From sequence record PQ567651.1: DNA of 64,000 nucleotides. One strand, 5' to 3'. Positions 47,376 through 56,807 of the stretch are shown one piece after another. The stretch is from Escherichia phage cardinal. Each line of letters starts with the position of its first letter. Positions within the stretch are counted from its first letter, which is position 1. The notes beneath the pieces are model-generated. The model was not told where the DNA came from and ran no database searches. It saw only the letters and a program-made list of their open reading frames with translations. A program made the position numbers and the translations under genes.

Positions 47376-48225
47376 TCAAATTCAACATTTTGCTAATATT
47401 TTTACTAACCTGAAGGAAGCAAAATTTAACATTGCAGATTATTCCAAGCTAAAGTTTGGTAGTAACCAGGCAGCAAAAAGAATGGGGCGCATTCTGGCTG
47501 AAAGTTTCTTTTCCAAGTATGAAGAACGACTGGTAAATGAAAGTTTTGTTGTTATTCCATCTCCATATAACTATGTGAAAAATGCAGCTACAGTGTTATC
47601 TGAACATTTTGTAGATCACCTCAACTACCTAATCTCTATCAAAGGAGGTAAAGCAGTGGAGTGGGATATCGTTCATCGTAAAGTGAGCTATATCAATGAT
47701 TATGGATTTCTTAGCAAAGAAGATCGTAAGGCTTTGATCGATGGTGACACTTTCTCTATCAATCGTGATTTCTGGGGTAATAAAACTCTGATTTTCATTG
47801 ATGATGTTAATATTACAGGAACGCACGAAGAAAAACTTATTGAAATTTTAGACAAAGAAGGTGTTGAAAACGATACGTTTTTCCTGTACTTTGCAAAGTA
47901 TGAAGGTACAGAAGCCAACACCGAAGCTGCACTTAACTTCAACTATATCAATAACCTGGCAGCTTTTATTAAAATGATTAAGCAAGAAACTGATGCTAAA
48001 TGTTTGGTTCGTCCTATTAAGTATCTAATGAGTCAAAGCGAAGTTGATTTTAAAATTGCACTTTCACAGCTTCCTTTGTATTATGTAGAACAACTGTTCT
48101 TTGGTTGCCTTGCAGAAGGCTACAATAACATTGAAAAATATAAAGAGAACTTTGATTTCCTGCGTCAATTTTTTGAAAGCAACATTATCAACAAATCTAA
48201 TGTTAAAGGGGATTATTATGTCTAA
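47368..48225 (+). CDS. type I phosphoribosyltransferase (PRTase)-like protein
   Basis: PRPP-binding signature TLIFIDDVNITGTHEE. Confidence 0.6.
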   Translation: MRNQIQHFANIFTNLKEAKFNIADYSKLKFGSNQAAKRMGRILAESFFSKYEERLVNESFVVIPSPYNYVKNAATVLSEHFVDHLNYLISIKGGKAVEWDIVHRKVSYINDYGFLSKEDRKALIDGDTFSINRDFWGNKTLIFIDDVNITGTHEEKLIEILDKEGVENDTFFLYFAKYEGTEANTEAALNFNYINNLAAFIKMIKQETDAKCLVRPIKYLMSQSEVDFKIALSQLPLYYVEQLFFGCLAEGYNNIEKYKENFDFLRQFFESNIINKSNVKGDYYV

Positions 48226-48934
48226 TAAAGTAATGACTTTCGGAGATCCTATCACCAATATTACAGAAAAAGATTTTGGGCGTGTAGCAACAGATAAAGA
48301 TGGTGTCTTAAGAATTCGTGTACAAGGTATTACAGCACAGGATGAATATGCTGTGTATGTTTCAGGTCTTAACTATATTGATGATCGCATTACACAAAAC
48401 TTTGCACTGATCGGTGGTGTAGAGAAAATGTATTGGGAAGATGAAATTGTAACAAGTTATCCGGCAGGTATCATTGAGGTATACGGTGATCTTTTAGCAG
48501 CAGCCGAGAGAGGCGATATAGACGCTATAGCACACTGCTGTAACTGTTTTTGCACTATGGGTAGTGGTATTGCACCAAAAATTAAAAGCAAGTGGCCTGG
48601 TGCGTTTAAAGCAGATTGTGCCACTAAACGTGGTGATTATAAAAAATTAGGTACGTTTACCAAATATACAGAAAACAATTTGACAATTTATAATTTATAT
48701 GGACAATATGGTTATAGTCGTCGTGAGGAAGGTAAGCGTGACCTGAATTATGAAGCTATCTACAATGCGTTAGATAGTATGGGAGACGATGTTGTATCTT
48801 CAGGCGGTAAAGTTGTAGGTTTACCGATGCTGGGTTGTGGTTTGGCTGGAGGGTCTTGGAATATTGTAAAACTTATGATCGAAGAAACTCTAGTAAACAA
48901 AGGTTTAAATGTAATTGTTTACAAACTGAAATAA
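48218..48934 (+). CDS. macro-domain-like protein (tentative)
   Basis: IAHCCNCFCTMGSGIAPKI and GLPMLGCGLAGGSW resemble macro-domain glycine-rich motifs; AAAGGGG RBS. Confidence 0.4.
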   Translation: MSNKVMTFGDPITNITEKDFGRVATDKDGVLRIRVQGITAQDEYAVYVSGLNYIDDRITQNFALIGGVEKMYWEDEIVTSYPAGIIEVYGDLLAAAERGDIDAIAHCCNCFCTMGSGIAPKIKSKWPGAFKADCATKRGDYKKLGTFTKYTENNLTIYNLYGQYGYSRREEGKRDLNYEAIYNALDSMGDDVVSSGGKVVGLPMLGCGLAGGSWNIVKLMIEETLVNKGLNVIVYKLK

Positions 48935-48943
48935 GGAGAAAGT

Positions 48944-49150
48944 ATGGCAGGTGTTTTAGCAGTATTAGGTTGTTTTATTGTTGTGTTTTTGATTGTGTTA
49001 ATCCCTAGTTGGCTGCTGCTTTTAGCATACAACTATATGATTGACATTATCGGTTTAGACTGGCATCATGTTCCTGTAACGTTTTGGAGTGTAGTCTGTG
49101 TGACGTTCATTCTTGCGGTACTTCGTGGTATCTTTCAATCTAACAAATAA
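48944..49150 (+). CDS. small membrane protein
   Basis: 68 aa hydrophobic; AAGGAGA RBS. Confidence 0.5.
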   Translation: MAGVLAVLGCFIVVFLIVLIPSWLLLLAYNYMIDIIGLDWHHVPVTFWSVVCVTFILAVLRGIFQSNK

Positions 49151-49177
49151 GAGAGGATTTTTATATGCGTAAAGTAA

Positions 49178-49414
49178 ATGTTGAAGTGCTTGAAAAAATT
49201 TAGAAACACTCGTGATTGTACTATCGGCAAGGTTTACGAGGCTATTCTCCTTGAAGATGGAGATCAAGTTCCTGCCCCGTATCACGCCTTTAATGGTCAG
49301 ATTAGCAAAGTGGAAGGTGGTATTGCTATTTGCTTTATTGATGACGTAGGTGATGCTGTAGCTTTCCCTATCATTAACAAAGAAGATAAACTTAAAATTA
49401 CAGAACTGAACTAG
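49178..49414 (+). CDS. hypothetical protein (start uncertain; possible frameshift from 49165)
   Basis: RBS GAGAGG serves ATG 49165, which terminates after 12 codons at an A6 run; long frame starts at ATG 49178. Confidence 0.4.
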   Translation: MLKCLKKFRNTRDCTIGKVYEAILLEDGDQVPAPYHAFNGQISKVEGGIAICFIDDVGDAVAFPIINKEDKLKITELN

Positions 49415-49491
49415 TTGACTTTCTTTAAAAACAGTTTATAGTATAAGACATAGAGCGGAGGATTGTCCTCCGCATTAAAGAGGAGAAAAGA

Positions 49492-50469
49492 ATGCAACTG
49501 GGTTTCCCAATTATTGATGTGGTTGTTTTAGTGGGTATTTTAGTCTTGTCGATTTGTATTGACTTCTTTGGACACAGAGAAAACAAAGAAATTTCATTTA
49601 AATCGGCAGTTGGTTGGTCAATTTTCTGGATTGGAGTATCATTAGCCTACTATGGTTTTGTATACTTCCAACACGGTGCTGATTTTGCGAGCTTGTTCTT
49701 GAGTGGGTATGTGTTGGAGAAATCTCTTTCTGTAGATAACTTAGTAGTATTTGTGGCAGTATTCGCAAGTTTTGGTATTAAAAGCACACACTTGCAACAC
49801 AAGATTCTACTTTGGGGTATTGCAGGTGCGATTGTCTTCCGAGGTGTGTTTGTAGCAGTAGGCACTTACTTGTTGAGTTTGGGCTGGTATGTTAATATCT
49901 TCTTCGGTGCTGTCATCCTTTTCTGTGCGGCTAAAATGGTATTCGCTGGAGATAATGATGCAGAAGTTGATTACTCTAAACACTGGGCTACTCGCATTGT
50001 TCGTAAGCTGTTCCCTGTATCTGATCAGATGGATGGTGAGAAGTTCTTCACAATCAAAAATGGTGTTCGTGTAGCAACTCCGGCTCTGGTTTGTGTGTTT
50101 GTAATGGAAATGGTTGACGTAATCTTTGCAGTAGACTCTGTTCCAGCAGTAATTGCAGTGACACAAGAACCTCTGCTTGTATTTTCTTCGATGCTCTGTG
50201 CAATCTTAGGTTTACGTGCTCTGTTCTTTGTTCTTAGTGTTGCACTGAAGTATTTGGTTCATCTGGAGAAAGCAGTTATCGTAGTCCTGGTATTTGTGGG
50301 TGCAAAACTGATGTATCATCCGTTTGCAGAAACTCTGCACGCAAAAATGAGTTTCCTGCCAGCACACATTGATCCGACGATCAGTATGTATATTGTGTTA
50401 GGTACTCTTGGGTTGGGTGTTGTTGCAAGTTTAATCTTCCCTGAAAAAGAAGATCAGACTGTTGCTTAA
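49492..50469 (+). CDS. terC: TerC-family integral membrane protein
   Basis: multiple TM helices and TerC signature LEKSLSVDNLVVF. Confidence 0.8.
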   Translation: MQLGFPIIDVVVLVGILVLSICIDFFGHRENKEISFKSAVGWSIFWIGVSLAYYGFVYFQHGADFASLFLSGYVLEKSLSVDNLVVFVAVFASFGIKSTHLQHKILLWGIAGAIVFRGVFVAVGTYLLSLGWYVNIFFGAVILFCAAKMVFAGDNDAEVDYSKHWATRIVRKLFPVSDQMDGEKFFTIKNGVRVATPALVCVFVMEMVDVIFAVDSVPAVIAVTQEPLLVFSSMLCAILGLRALFFVLSVALKYLVHLEKAVIVVLVFVGAKLMYHPFAETLHAKMSFLPAHIDPTISMYIVLGTLGLGVVASLIFPEKEDQTVA

Positions 50470-50475
50470 TTCATT

Positions 50476-50498
50476 AAGCCCCTTCGGGGGCTTTGTTG
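50476..50498 (+). terminator. rho-independent terminator
   Basis: aagcccc-ttcg-ggggctt then tgttg. Confidence 0.55.
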
Positions 50499-50508
50499 AG
50501 GTGATCTG

Positions 50509-50715
50509 ATGGTGGTTTTACGTGTTCTTTGGATTCTGTTTGAAAATATTTGTTTTGCTCTAGGGTTGTTTTGTTTGATTTTTATCTTGACAACATATAT
50601 TGATAACCATACAATTACTATCAACAGGAACGGAGAACAGATGTATTGTTTCTCTAGGGATTTTAAAAATTGTGTTGAGACTTTAAATGAGAGGGTTACA
50701 AATGAAAAACATTAA
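50509..50715 (+). CDS. small membrane protein
   Basis: 68 aa with hydrophobic N-terminus. Confidence 0.45.
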   Translation: MVVLRVLWILFENICFALGLFCLIFILTTYIDNHTITINRNGEQMYCFSRDFKNCVETLNERVTNEKH

Positions 50716-51292
50716 ATCTTTTATTGTTGCAGTTGTTTTAGGTAGTGCATTGCTGGTAGGTTGTGATGATTCTGAAAATGTACAAAATCAACGTTACCAA
50801 CAAACACCAAATCAGATGGTAGATGAACAATATGTAAATCAGCCTGCACCTCAAGTTGTTCAAGCAGCACCTGCACAACCTTCAACAGTTGTTGTGCAAG
50901 GAGGCGGCAGTGGTTCTTCTGGCGTAGGTGAGTTTGCTACAGGTATGCTTCTTGGTCATATGTTGAGTGGTAATAGTGGCGGTGGTGGTTATAGAGATGG
51001 CGGTAGCAATACAACAATTATTAATAACAACGCTGCTCCTACAACTAACAGTAAAGCATATACAACACAAAAACATAGTTTTTATGATAAACAAGGGAAT
51101 ACATATACAACAACTAAACAAAACACAATTAAGCAGCAAAGTGTACAAACGTATTCACGCCCATCAACAACAAAAGTGAATAGTGATTACTCTGCTCGTA
51201 AGTCTTACTCAAGCCCTATTAGCTCTTATAGTAAGTCTTCGAAAAGTTATTCTTCGTCGAAACGTAGTTTTAGTAGCTCACGTCGTCGTTAA
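50702..51292 (+). CDS. putative lipoprotein with Gly- and Ser/Thr/Tyr-rich low-complexity regions
   Basis: signal peptide with lipobox MKNIKSFIVAVVLGSALLVGC; C-terminal SYSSPISSYSKSSKSYSSSKRSFSSSRRR. Confidence 0.6.
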   Translation: MKNIKSFIVAVVLGSALLVGCDDSENVQNQRYQQTPNQMVDEQYVNQPAPQVVQAAPAQPSTVVVQGGGSGSSGVGEFATGMLLGHMLSGNSGGGGYRDGGSNTTIINNNAAPTTNSKAYTTQKHSFYDKQGNTYTTTKQNTIKQQSVQTYSRPSTTKVNSDYSARKSYSSPISSYSKSSKSYSSSKRSFSSSRRR

Positions 51293-51327
51293 TAATTTAA
51301 TACAGATTAAATAAGAAGGAGAAACAG

Positions 51328-52179
51328 ATGAAACTAGAAGTTGGTAAAGTGTATCGCCTGGAAGGTTGGATCTTTAATCAAGAAATTCTTGAGAAGAATA
51401 AAGATGGTTTTGAGTTTGTTGGTACTACCAAAGAAAGTATGCACGATGACGAATACTGTAAATTCGTTGGTAAAAATACAGGTCAAGAACAATTTTGCTT
51501 TAAAAGCGCAATCGGTGATTATGCTTCTGTAATGCCAACACCAGAAAAGACTTCGAAGCAATATACTGTCTTTGGTGTAAAACTTGAAGAACTTGTAGAA
51601 CACCCACGTTTTGAAGAGTTCAAGGTTGCTGCAATGCGCAAGCATTCTGAAATTAAAATACATAATTTGTTTGATTTAGAAGATCGGTTTGATATCTTTA
51701 TGTATGATCGCAGGGAAAAGCATTTTGATGCAACGACTTCAAAATTTGCTGCAACAGAGGATATTAAAATCCTTGATGTTGATACCTTTCTTGAGAGTGT
51801 ATCGTTTGTATTCATCCATAAATACAAGAAACGTAGTGATCATAAACGTGTGAAAGGAACTCCTCGTAAGAAACGTACTGTAAACAAAGCAACTTTGCAC
51901 TTCACTTCTGGTGATAAATATACTCTCAAAGGGTTTGAAAGTGTTTTGTATGATGCTGGAACGGGTAATATCAAGTTTATTATTAAGGCAACCTACAAAG
52001 GTACGGTATTGCACGAAGAGGCTGTTACACTACCTGTATTCGATATCTCTCGTGTTGAGGTACGGGGTGTTAAAGAGTCCTTCGATCTGGATTTCTTAAC
52101 TGCTAATACCACGGGTTATGTTAATCTGGAAGCAGATGGAGCATTTATTACTACAAATTATTTAGATATGTTTGTTTAA
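51328..52179 (+). CDS. hypothetical protein
   Basis: 283-aa ORF, AAGAAGGAGA RBS. Confidence 0.5.
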   Translation: MKLEVGKVYRLEGWIFNQEILEKNKDGFEFVGTTKESMHDDEYCKFVGKNTGQEQFCFKSAIGDYASVMPTPEKTSKQYTVFGVKLEELVEHPRFEEFKVAAMRKHSEIKIHNLFDLEDRFDIFMYDRREKHFDATTSKFAATEDIKILDVDTFLESVSFVFIHKYKKRSDHKRVKGTPRKKRTVNKATLHFTSGDKYTLKGFESVLYDAGTGNIKFIIKATYKGTVLHEEAVTLPVFDISRVEVRGVKESFDLDFLTANTTGYVNLEADGAFITTNYLDMFV

Positions 52180-52247
52180 TACTTAACTTGTGTTATGATG
52201 GTGGTACAGAGGTATCACCATTTACTAAAGAATATGGAGGAAATTGA

Positions 52248-53351
52248 ATGTCCAGTCCTTTTATCAGTGCCGTAAAAAGCAAACCGTCTGAAATGAGTGT
52301 ATTCACGGCAACAACAGAAAAAAGTAAGTCTTTGTTTGCTCCAAGTGCTATGGATGCAAGCCCTGTATATGCCCCTGCTGTTGCACGCCCTGTACAAATG
52401 CTGCCTCCAATGTCTCGTGAAGAGATTGAACAGGTTGGTGCTGATGCAGGACTTACTCTTCGTAACCTTAATGCTGAAGTGCTTAAACACCAGCGTTCAT
52501 CTCAGGGAGATGAAATGAGTGAACGTTTAACTGCGCTTATTAAGCAAGCAAAGCAACTTGATCCTAACTCTATTAAACAATCTAAAGGTTTAGGTAAACT
52601 AGTTAAGAAAGTTTTAGGTATGAAAGAAGATTTGTTTGGAGAATTTGACACCATCAATAACCGTATTGAAGGTTTGGTAAAGACACTCCAAACAGACTTG
52701 AAAAAAGAAGAAGATTCTTTACGATATCTGCAACGTTTAGAGGAAGCTATTGCAAAATATGCTCTTAGCTTAAACAGGGATATAGAGCTTCTAACAGCTA
52801 CTTATGAAAAAGAAGAAGTTCGCCTTAATACACTACCTGAAAATGAGGTAGAAGAGCGTCAACGTACTCGTGATACTATGGATCTGCTTGAAATTCGTAT
52901 TGCAGACCTGAAAGCCTTACGCTTACTATGTGTTCAGATGGGGCCACGTGTACAAAGTATGCAGAAAGTATCTGCAAGTTTGATGCGATCAGCCCGTAAT
53001 ATTGTGAATAATGTTATTCCTGCTTACTCTGCAAACTTTTCTATGTATATTGAAAGTCTACGCCAGAAGAAAGCAGCCGATACACAGAACAATGTACTGA
53101 ATGAATTTAATGCTGCTATTGCAATGGGTAGTGATCTGGCTGCACAAAACCAGATTGAAGCTACACAACTTGCTAATCGTCAAGTATTGGATATTGAAAC
53201 ATTGCGTCGTGATCAAGAAAACTTAGTTAAAATGTTGGAAGAAACTAACCGAATCAACACTGAAGCCCGTGCTGCTCGTATTGATTACATTCAAGAAGTG
53301 CAGTCTCTTGAAGATGGTATGATTCAAACTGTTAAACGTGGTCTACTTTAA
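52248..53351 (+). CDS. TelA-like (toxic anion resistance family) protein, tentative
   Basis: 367-aa mostly helical/coiled-coil protein; call rests mainly on size, composition and Ter-gene context. Confidence 0.4.
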   Translation: MSSPFISAVKSKPSEMSVFTATTEKSKSLFAPSAMDASPVYAPAVARPVQMLPPMSREEIEQVGADAGLTLRNLNAEVLKHQRSSQGDEMSERLTALIKQAKQLDPNSIKQSKGLGKLVKKVLGMKEDLFGEFDTINNRIEGLVKTLQTDLKKEEDSLRYLQRLEEAIAKYALSLNRDIELLTATYEKEEVRLNTLPENEVEERQRTRDTMDLLEIRIADLKALRLLCVQMGPRVQSMQKVSASLMRSARNIVNNVIPAYSANFSMYIESLRQKKAADTQNNVLNEFNAAIAMGSDLAAQNQIEATQLANRQVLDIETLRRDQENLVKMLEETNRINTEARAARIDYIQEVQSLEDGMIQTVKRGLL

Positions 53352-53364
53352 GGAGAAATATATT

Positions 53365-53571
53365 ATGAATATTAAAATTTACAAACTGTCTGGTTCTATG
53401 ATTGCTGTTCAGTATGACAATGAAGATCGTTATGTTCTCCTCCAGGATGCTTGGTTAGATGATCCTAATGTATTCACTGTCCTGCGAGAACTACGTGCTG
53501 TCTATACCTATTCTTCTAAAGATGGTTTTGACAATTCAACAATGGAATTGGTAAAAGAGGAGAATGTGTAA
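53365..53571 (+). CDS. hypothetical protein
   Basis: ORF with AAGGAGA RBS. Confidence 0.45.
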   Translation: MNIKIYKLSGSMIAVQYDNEDRYVLLQDAWLDDPNVFTVLRELRAVYTYSSKDGFDNSTMELVKEENV

Positions 53572-53771
53572 TGAGTAAAGATATTCACTTAACTCGTGAA
53601 GAATTGCAAACCATTATGGAAGATGCTTTCATTGATGGTTGGAAACAAGGTCAAGAATCAGATTGGTATGATGCCGAAGATTTTTTGTATTATCATATGA
53701 CTGCACCTGTAGACGAGCAAACACACTCTGAAACAACTTTGGCTTTAATTGATCTTAAGGCTGGTGTATAA
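53571..53771 (+). CDS. hypothetical protein
   Basis: 66-aa ORF, overlapping start/stop. Confidence 0.45.
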   Translation: MSKDIHLTREELQTIMEDAFIDGWKQGQESDWYDAEDFLYYHMTAPVDEQTHSETTLALIDLKAGV

Positions 53772-54334
53772 TGGGGTGTTTTAGTTTCTTGTGCAAAGAG
53801 TCTGGTAATGCTGCTCTTTCTACCTCTTTCGATGGCTCTCCTTGCTACCTATTTCTTTTGAAAGGTGGTAAGGTTGTCGAAGAGATGTATGGGAATTATG
53901 ATAGCTATGGTAGTGTTTTCTCTAACGAAGAAGATAAACATGGCAATCGTAAAAGATTCAAGTGGTCTATGCCTTGGGAAGAAGTTTGTAATTTGATGTT
54001 CTCTTCCGATCTTGGAGATGGGATTGCTCTGGTATTAGAAGAGCACTTTACAGGCGAGATCCCAACAGAAAGATCTGAAGAAGATCCTAACCAGGGTTGG
54101 GGTGATGGGGAAGAAGATCCAGATTGCTTCTTCAGCACTGAAAATAATAAATTTAAACGTGTTGACAATCCTTACCACAAAGTGCATAATACTTGCATTG
54201 AGACAGAAGAAGACTCAAAGCTAGAAATTGAAGATGATTTAGTTGTAACTATCTCTTTAAACGAGTTGCAAAAGATCACCAGAGAGGCTTTCTATTTAGG
54301 CTTGAGAGCAGGTAAAGGAGAAGACAGTGCTTAA
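53771..54334 (+). CDS. hypothetical acidic protein
   Basis: 187-aa ORF. Confidence 0.5.
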   Translation: MGCFSFLCKESGNAALSTSFDGSPCYLFLLKGGKVVEEMYGNYDSYGSVFSNEEDKHGNRKRFKWSMPWEEVCNLMFSSDLGDGIALVLEEHFTGEIPTERSEEDPNQGWGDGEEDPDCFFSTENNKFKRVDNPYHKVHNTCIETEEDSKLEIEDDLVVTISLNELQKITREAFYLGLRAGKGEDSA

Positions 54335-54596
54335 ATTTAATATCAAAGACGACAAATCAGATGAACCTAAATGTTTTGGAGAACTTGACGTAGGTGATAC
54401 ATTTGTATATTATGTTGCCTATCAAGATTCTGGTTTAGATACGTTCAGAAACTTAGTGTTTATTAAAGTTAATACAAACCAAGCAATGTGTCTGAACGGT
54501 TCGCAAAGAGGTCAAATTAGCTGTATTTCGTATGATACAGAAATGGTAGAAGTGGATTTAGAAGTTACTAACATTACACTCAGAAAGGAGAAATAA
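54327..54596 (+). CDS. hypothetical protein
   Basis: 89-aa ORF, GTG start with AAAGGAGA RBS. Confidence 0.4.
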   Translation: MLKFNIKDDKSDEPKCFGELDVGDTFVYYVAYQDSGLDTFRNLVFIKVNTNQAMCLNGSQRGQISCISYDTEMVEVDLEVTNITLRKEK

Positions 54597-54597
54597 T

Positions 54598-55391
54598 ATG
54601 TCCAATAAAATCAGTCTTAAAAAACGTCAAGAAACTCTTACCGTATCTCTGCGTAAGAAAAAGATTAACGATGTTGTTCTTCGTGTCGGTAGCGCCTTAG
54701 ATATTTCGGGTAGTATGTGTGAGCTGTATCGTGATGGCACTGTTAGTGATTTTGTAGGTAAGCTGCTGCCGTTTGGTATGAAGTTTGATGATAATGCACA
54801 GATTGACATGTGGGCTTTCAATAGTTCTTCTTTTGAACTGCCTCCTGCAACGGCTGATGTATATGATGATTATGTCGGCTCTTGTATGTCTAACGTTTGC
54901 ATCAATGGTGGTACAGCTTATGCTCCAGTAATGCAAGAGATCTATGATACATACTTCGGTAGTGTACCTATGAAAAATATTACACGCGAAGTCGTTGAGT
55001 ATGAAGAAGTTCCGGCTAAGGGTTTCCTTGCTAAACTAACTGGTAAAAAGAACTTGTAGAAGTAACACGTACTGTTGTAGAACAGGTTGTAGATACTGAT
55101 GCACAAGTTGATCGTACTCCTGCAATGATTTTCTTCCAAACTGACGGGGAGAACATGGATACTTCAGCAGTACGTAGCTTACTGAACAAACACCGCAATA
55201 CGCCTGTTTACTGGTTTATGGTTGGTGTAGGTAATGCAAACTTTAAATTCCTGAAAGACTTGGCAAAGGAATACGATAATGTTGACTTTATCGGTATTGC
55301 AGATTTGTCCTTGTCTGATGAAGAACTTTACGATAAACTGTTATCCGAAGAGTTTGGTGAGTGGGTTAAAAAATTTGGAGCAAAAGCGTAA
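54598..55391 (+). CDS. von Willebrand factor A (vWA) domain protein (TerY-like), interrupted by a frameshift at an A5 run (~55045-55049)
   Basis: MIDAS motif ALDISGSM, NGGTAYAP; after TAG at 55057-55059 the domain continues in another frame (...MIFFQTDGENMD...). Confidence 0.6.
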
Positions 55392-55463
55392 AAAACGCTT
55401 GACTTTGTAGAAAAGATTAGTAAAATAGACAACGTAAATTAACAACAAAGGAGATAATAAATT

Positions 55464-56060
55464 ATGACTCAGAAAATTTCCCTGAAAAAAGGTTCTAGCG
55501 AAAAAGTTTCTCTGAAAAAGATCGCACCAGCACTGAAACGCATTCGTCTGGAATTCTCTTGGAAATCTAACGAAAAACTGGATCTGGATGTTAGTGCTCT
55601 GATTTGCCGACACAATGCATCTGGTCTGCCGGAACTGTTGTCTCCTCGTCACCTGGTGTGCTACGCGCAGAAATTTGATCCTGAACGTTCTACTTTTGCA
55701 GGTGAAGATGTTCGTGATGGTGTAGGACAGATGGAGCAGATCGATGTTACTCTGGATAATATCTCTGCTGAAGCACAGGAAATTGCATTCGTAATTACTA
55801 TTGATGACGAAACGGGTAAGAAACGCCTTGGTCACGCTACCGAAGGTTTCCTTAAAATCTTCGATGATGAACGTAACGTTGAACTGCTGGATTTTGACTT
55901 CTTGGCTCCAGAACTTGCAGGTAATACCATTTGCCACGTTGCCTCCCTGGTGCGGGAAGATAATGAATGGAAACTGAAAGCATATGGTGTAGGTAAAGCT
56001 GGACTTGACATTTATGATGTAGTTAAAGCGTTTGGCGCTGGTGACGATTGGTTCGAGTAA
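55464..56060 (+). CDS. terD: TerD-family protein
   Basis: collinear with E. coli TerD: SLKKGSSEKVSLKK, DLDVSALIC, IAFVITIDDE, NEWKLKAYGVGKAG. Confidence 0.8.
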   Translation: MTQKISLKKGSSEKVSLKKIAPALKRIRLEFSWKSNEKLDLDVSALICRHNASGLPELLSPRHLVCYAQKFDPERSTFAGEDVRDGVGQMEQIDVTLDNISAEAQEIAFVITIDDETGKKRLGHATEGFLKIFDDERNVELLDFDFLAPELAGNTICHVASLVREDNEWKLKAYGVGKAGLDIYDVVKAFGAGDDWFE

Positions 56061-56068
56061 TAAATCAT

Positions 56069-56093
56069 AGCGCCCTTCGGGGCGCATATTTTA
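56069..56093 (+). terminator. rho-independent terminator
   Basis: gcgccc-ttcg-gggcgc then atatttt. Confidence 0.55.
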
Positions 56094-56112
56094 AATAGAA
56101 GAGGAGAAAACA

Positions 56113-56715
56113 ATGGGTATTACTTTAGAAGGTCAAAAACTTATTCGTAGCGGTAATTTTCTTGTAGATATTGACAACAATGAAGATTATGCTTTAGAAG
56201 TTAGTGATGTACTGTTTGATGCTTTGCAGTCTGGTTTCAATTTTGAAGTTTATGAAGTAATCCGTGGAACTAAACTCAGAGAAACCCTTGGATCAACTAG
56301 TGATGTTTATTCTGCGATCTGGCAATATTTCGGGTTAATGGATGGTAAGACATACCTTACTGATAGTTATTCTGAAGATGTTGTTTATCTTGATATGGAA
56401 GAGTTTCGTCGTCTGTTCAAGAATGAAGAAAATGAAGAAGAGGGCGAACTTTTTGAAGGAATTACTCTCGAAGGTAATGTTGAAATTGTGTATAAAGCAG
56501 GAAAAACATTCCACTTGCGCGAAAACGGTAAAGCAAAAGTTGATTTTGTAAACAAGACAGTGACAACCGAACATAATTATCTTAAAGATGGTCAACCAGC
56601 TTTTGAACGTGTAAAAATTAAATTTAAAGTGTTGTCTGCACTAGTTACGGATCAAGAACGTATTGATTTTGTAGAAGATGGTGTAGTAACTCATACAAAG
56701 GTTTACAATATCTAA
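56113..56715 (+). CDS. hypothetical protein
   Basis: 200-aa ORF, AGAGGAGAAAA RBS. Confidence 0.5.
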   Translation: MGITLEGQKLIRSGNFLVDIDNNEDYALEVSDVLFDALQSGFNFEVYEVIRGTKLRETLGSTSDVYSAIWQYFGLMDGKTYLTDSYSEDVVYLDMEEFRRLFKNEENEEEGELFEGITLEGNVEIVYKAGKTFHLRENGKAKVDFVNKTVTTEHNYLKDGQPAFERVKIKFKVLSALVTDQERIDFVEDGVVTHTKVYNI

Positions 56716-56807
56716 CAGAGTGTAAGAGGGGGATAGTCCCCCTCCACTTGCAAAATAGCCTCTTCTGTGTTACAATAAAAGTTCGTTTAACAAAATAGGA
56801 GGCAAGT

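Noticed and set aside
50882-52014. Several ORFs overlapping the lipoprotein and 51328-52179 genes
   Set aside because: Overlapping alternative frames inside better-supported same-region genes; no RBS.
55341-56087. 248-aa minus-strand ORF antisense to TerD
   Set aside because: Fully overlaps the well-supported TerD gene; sequence is low-complexity with no recognisable motifs.
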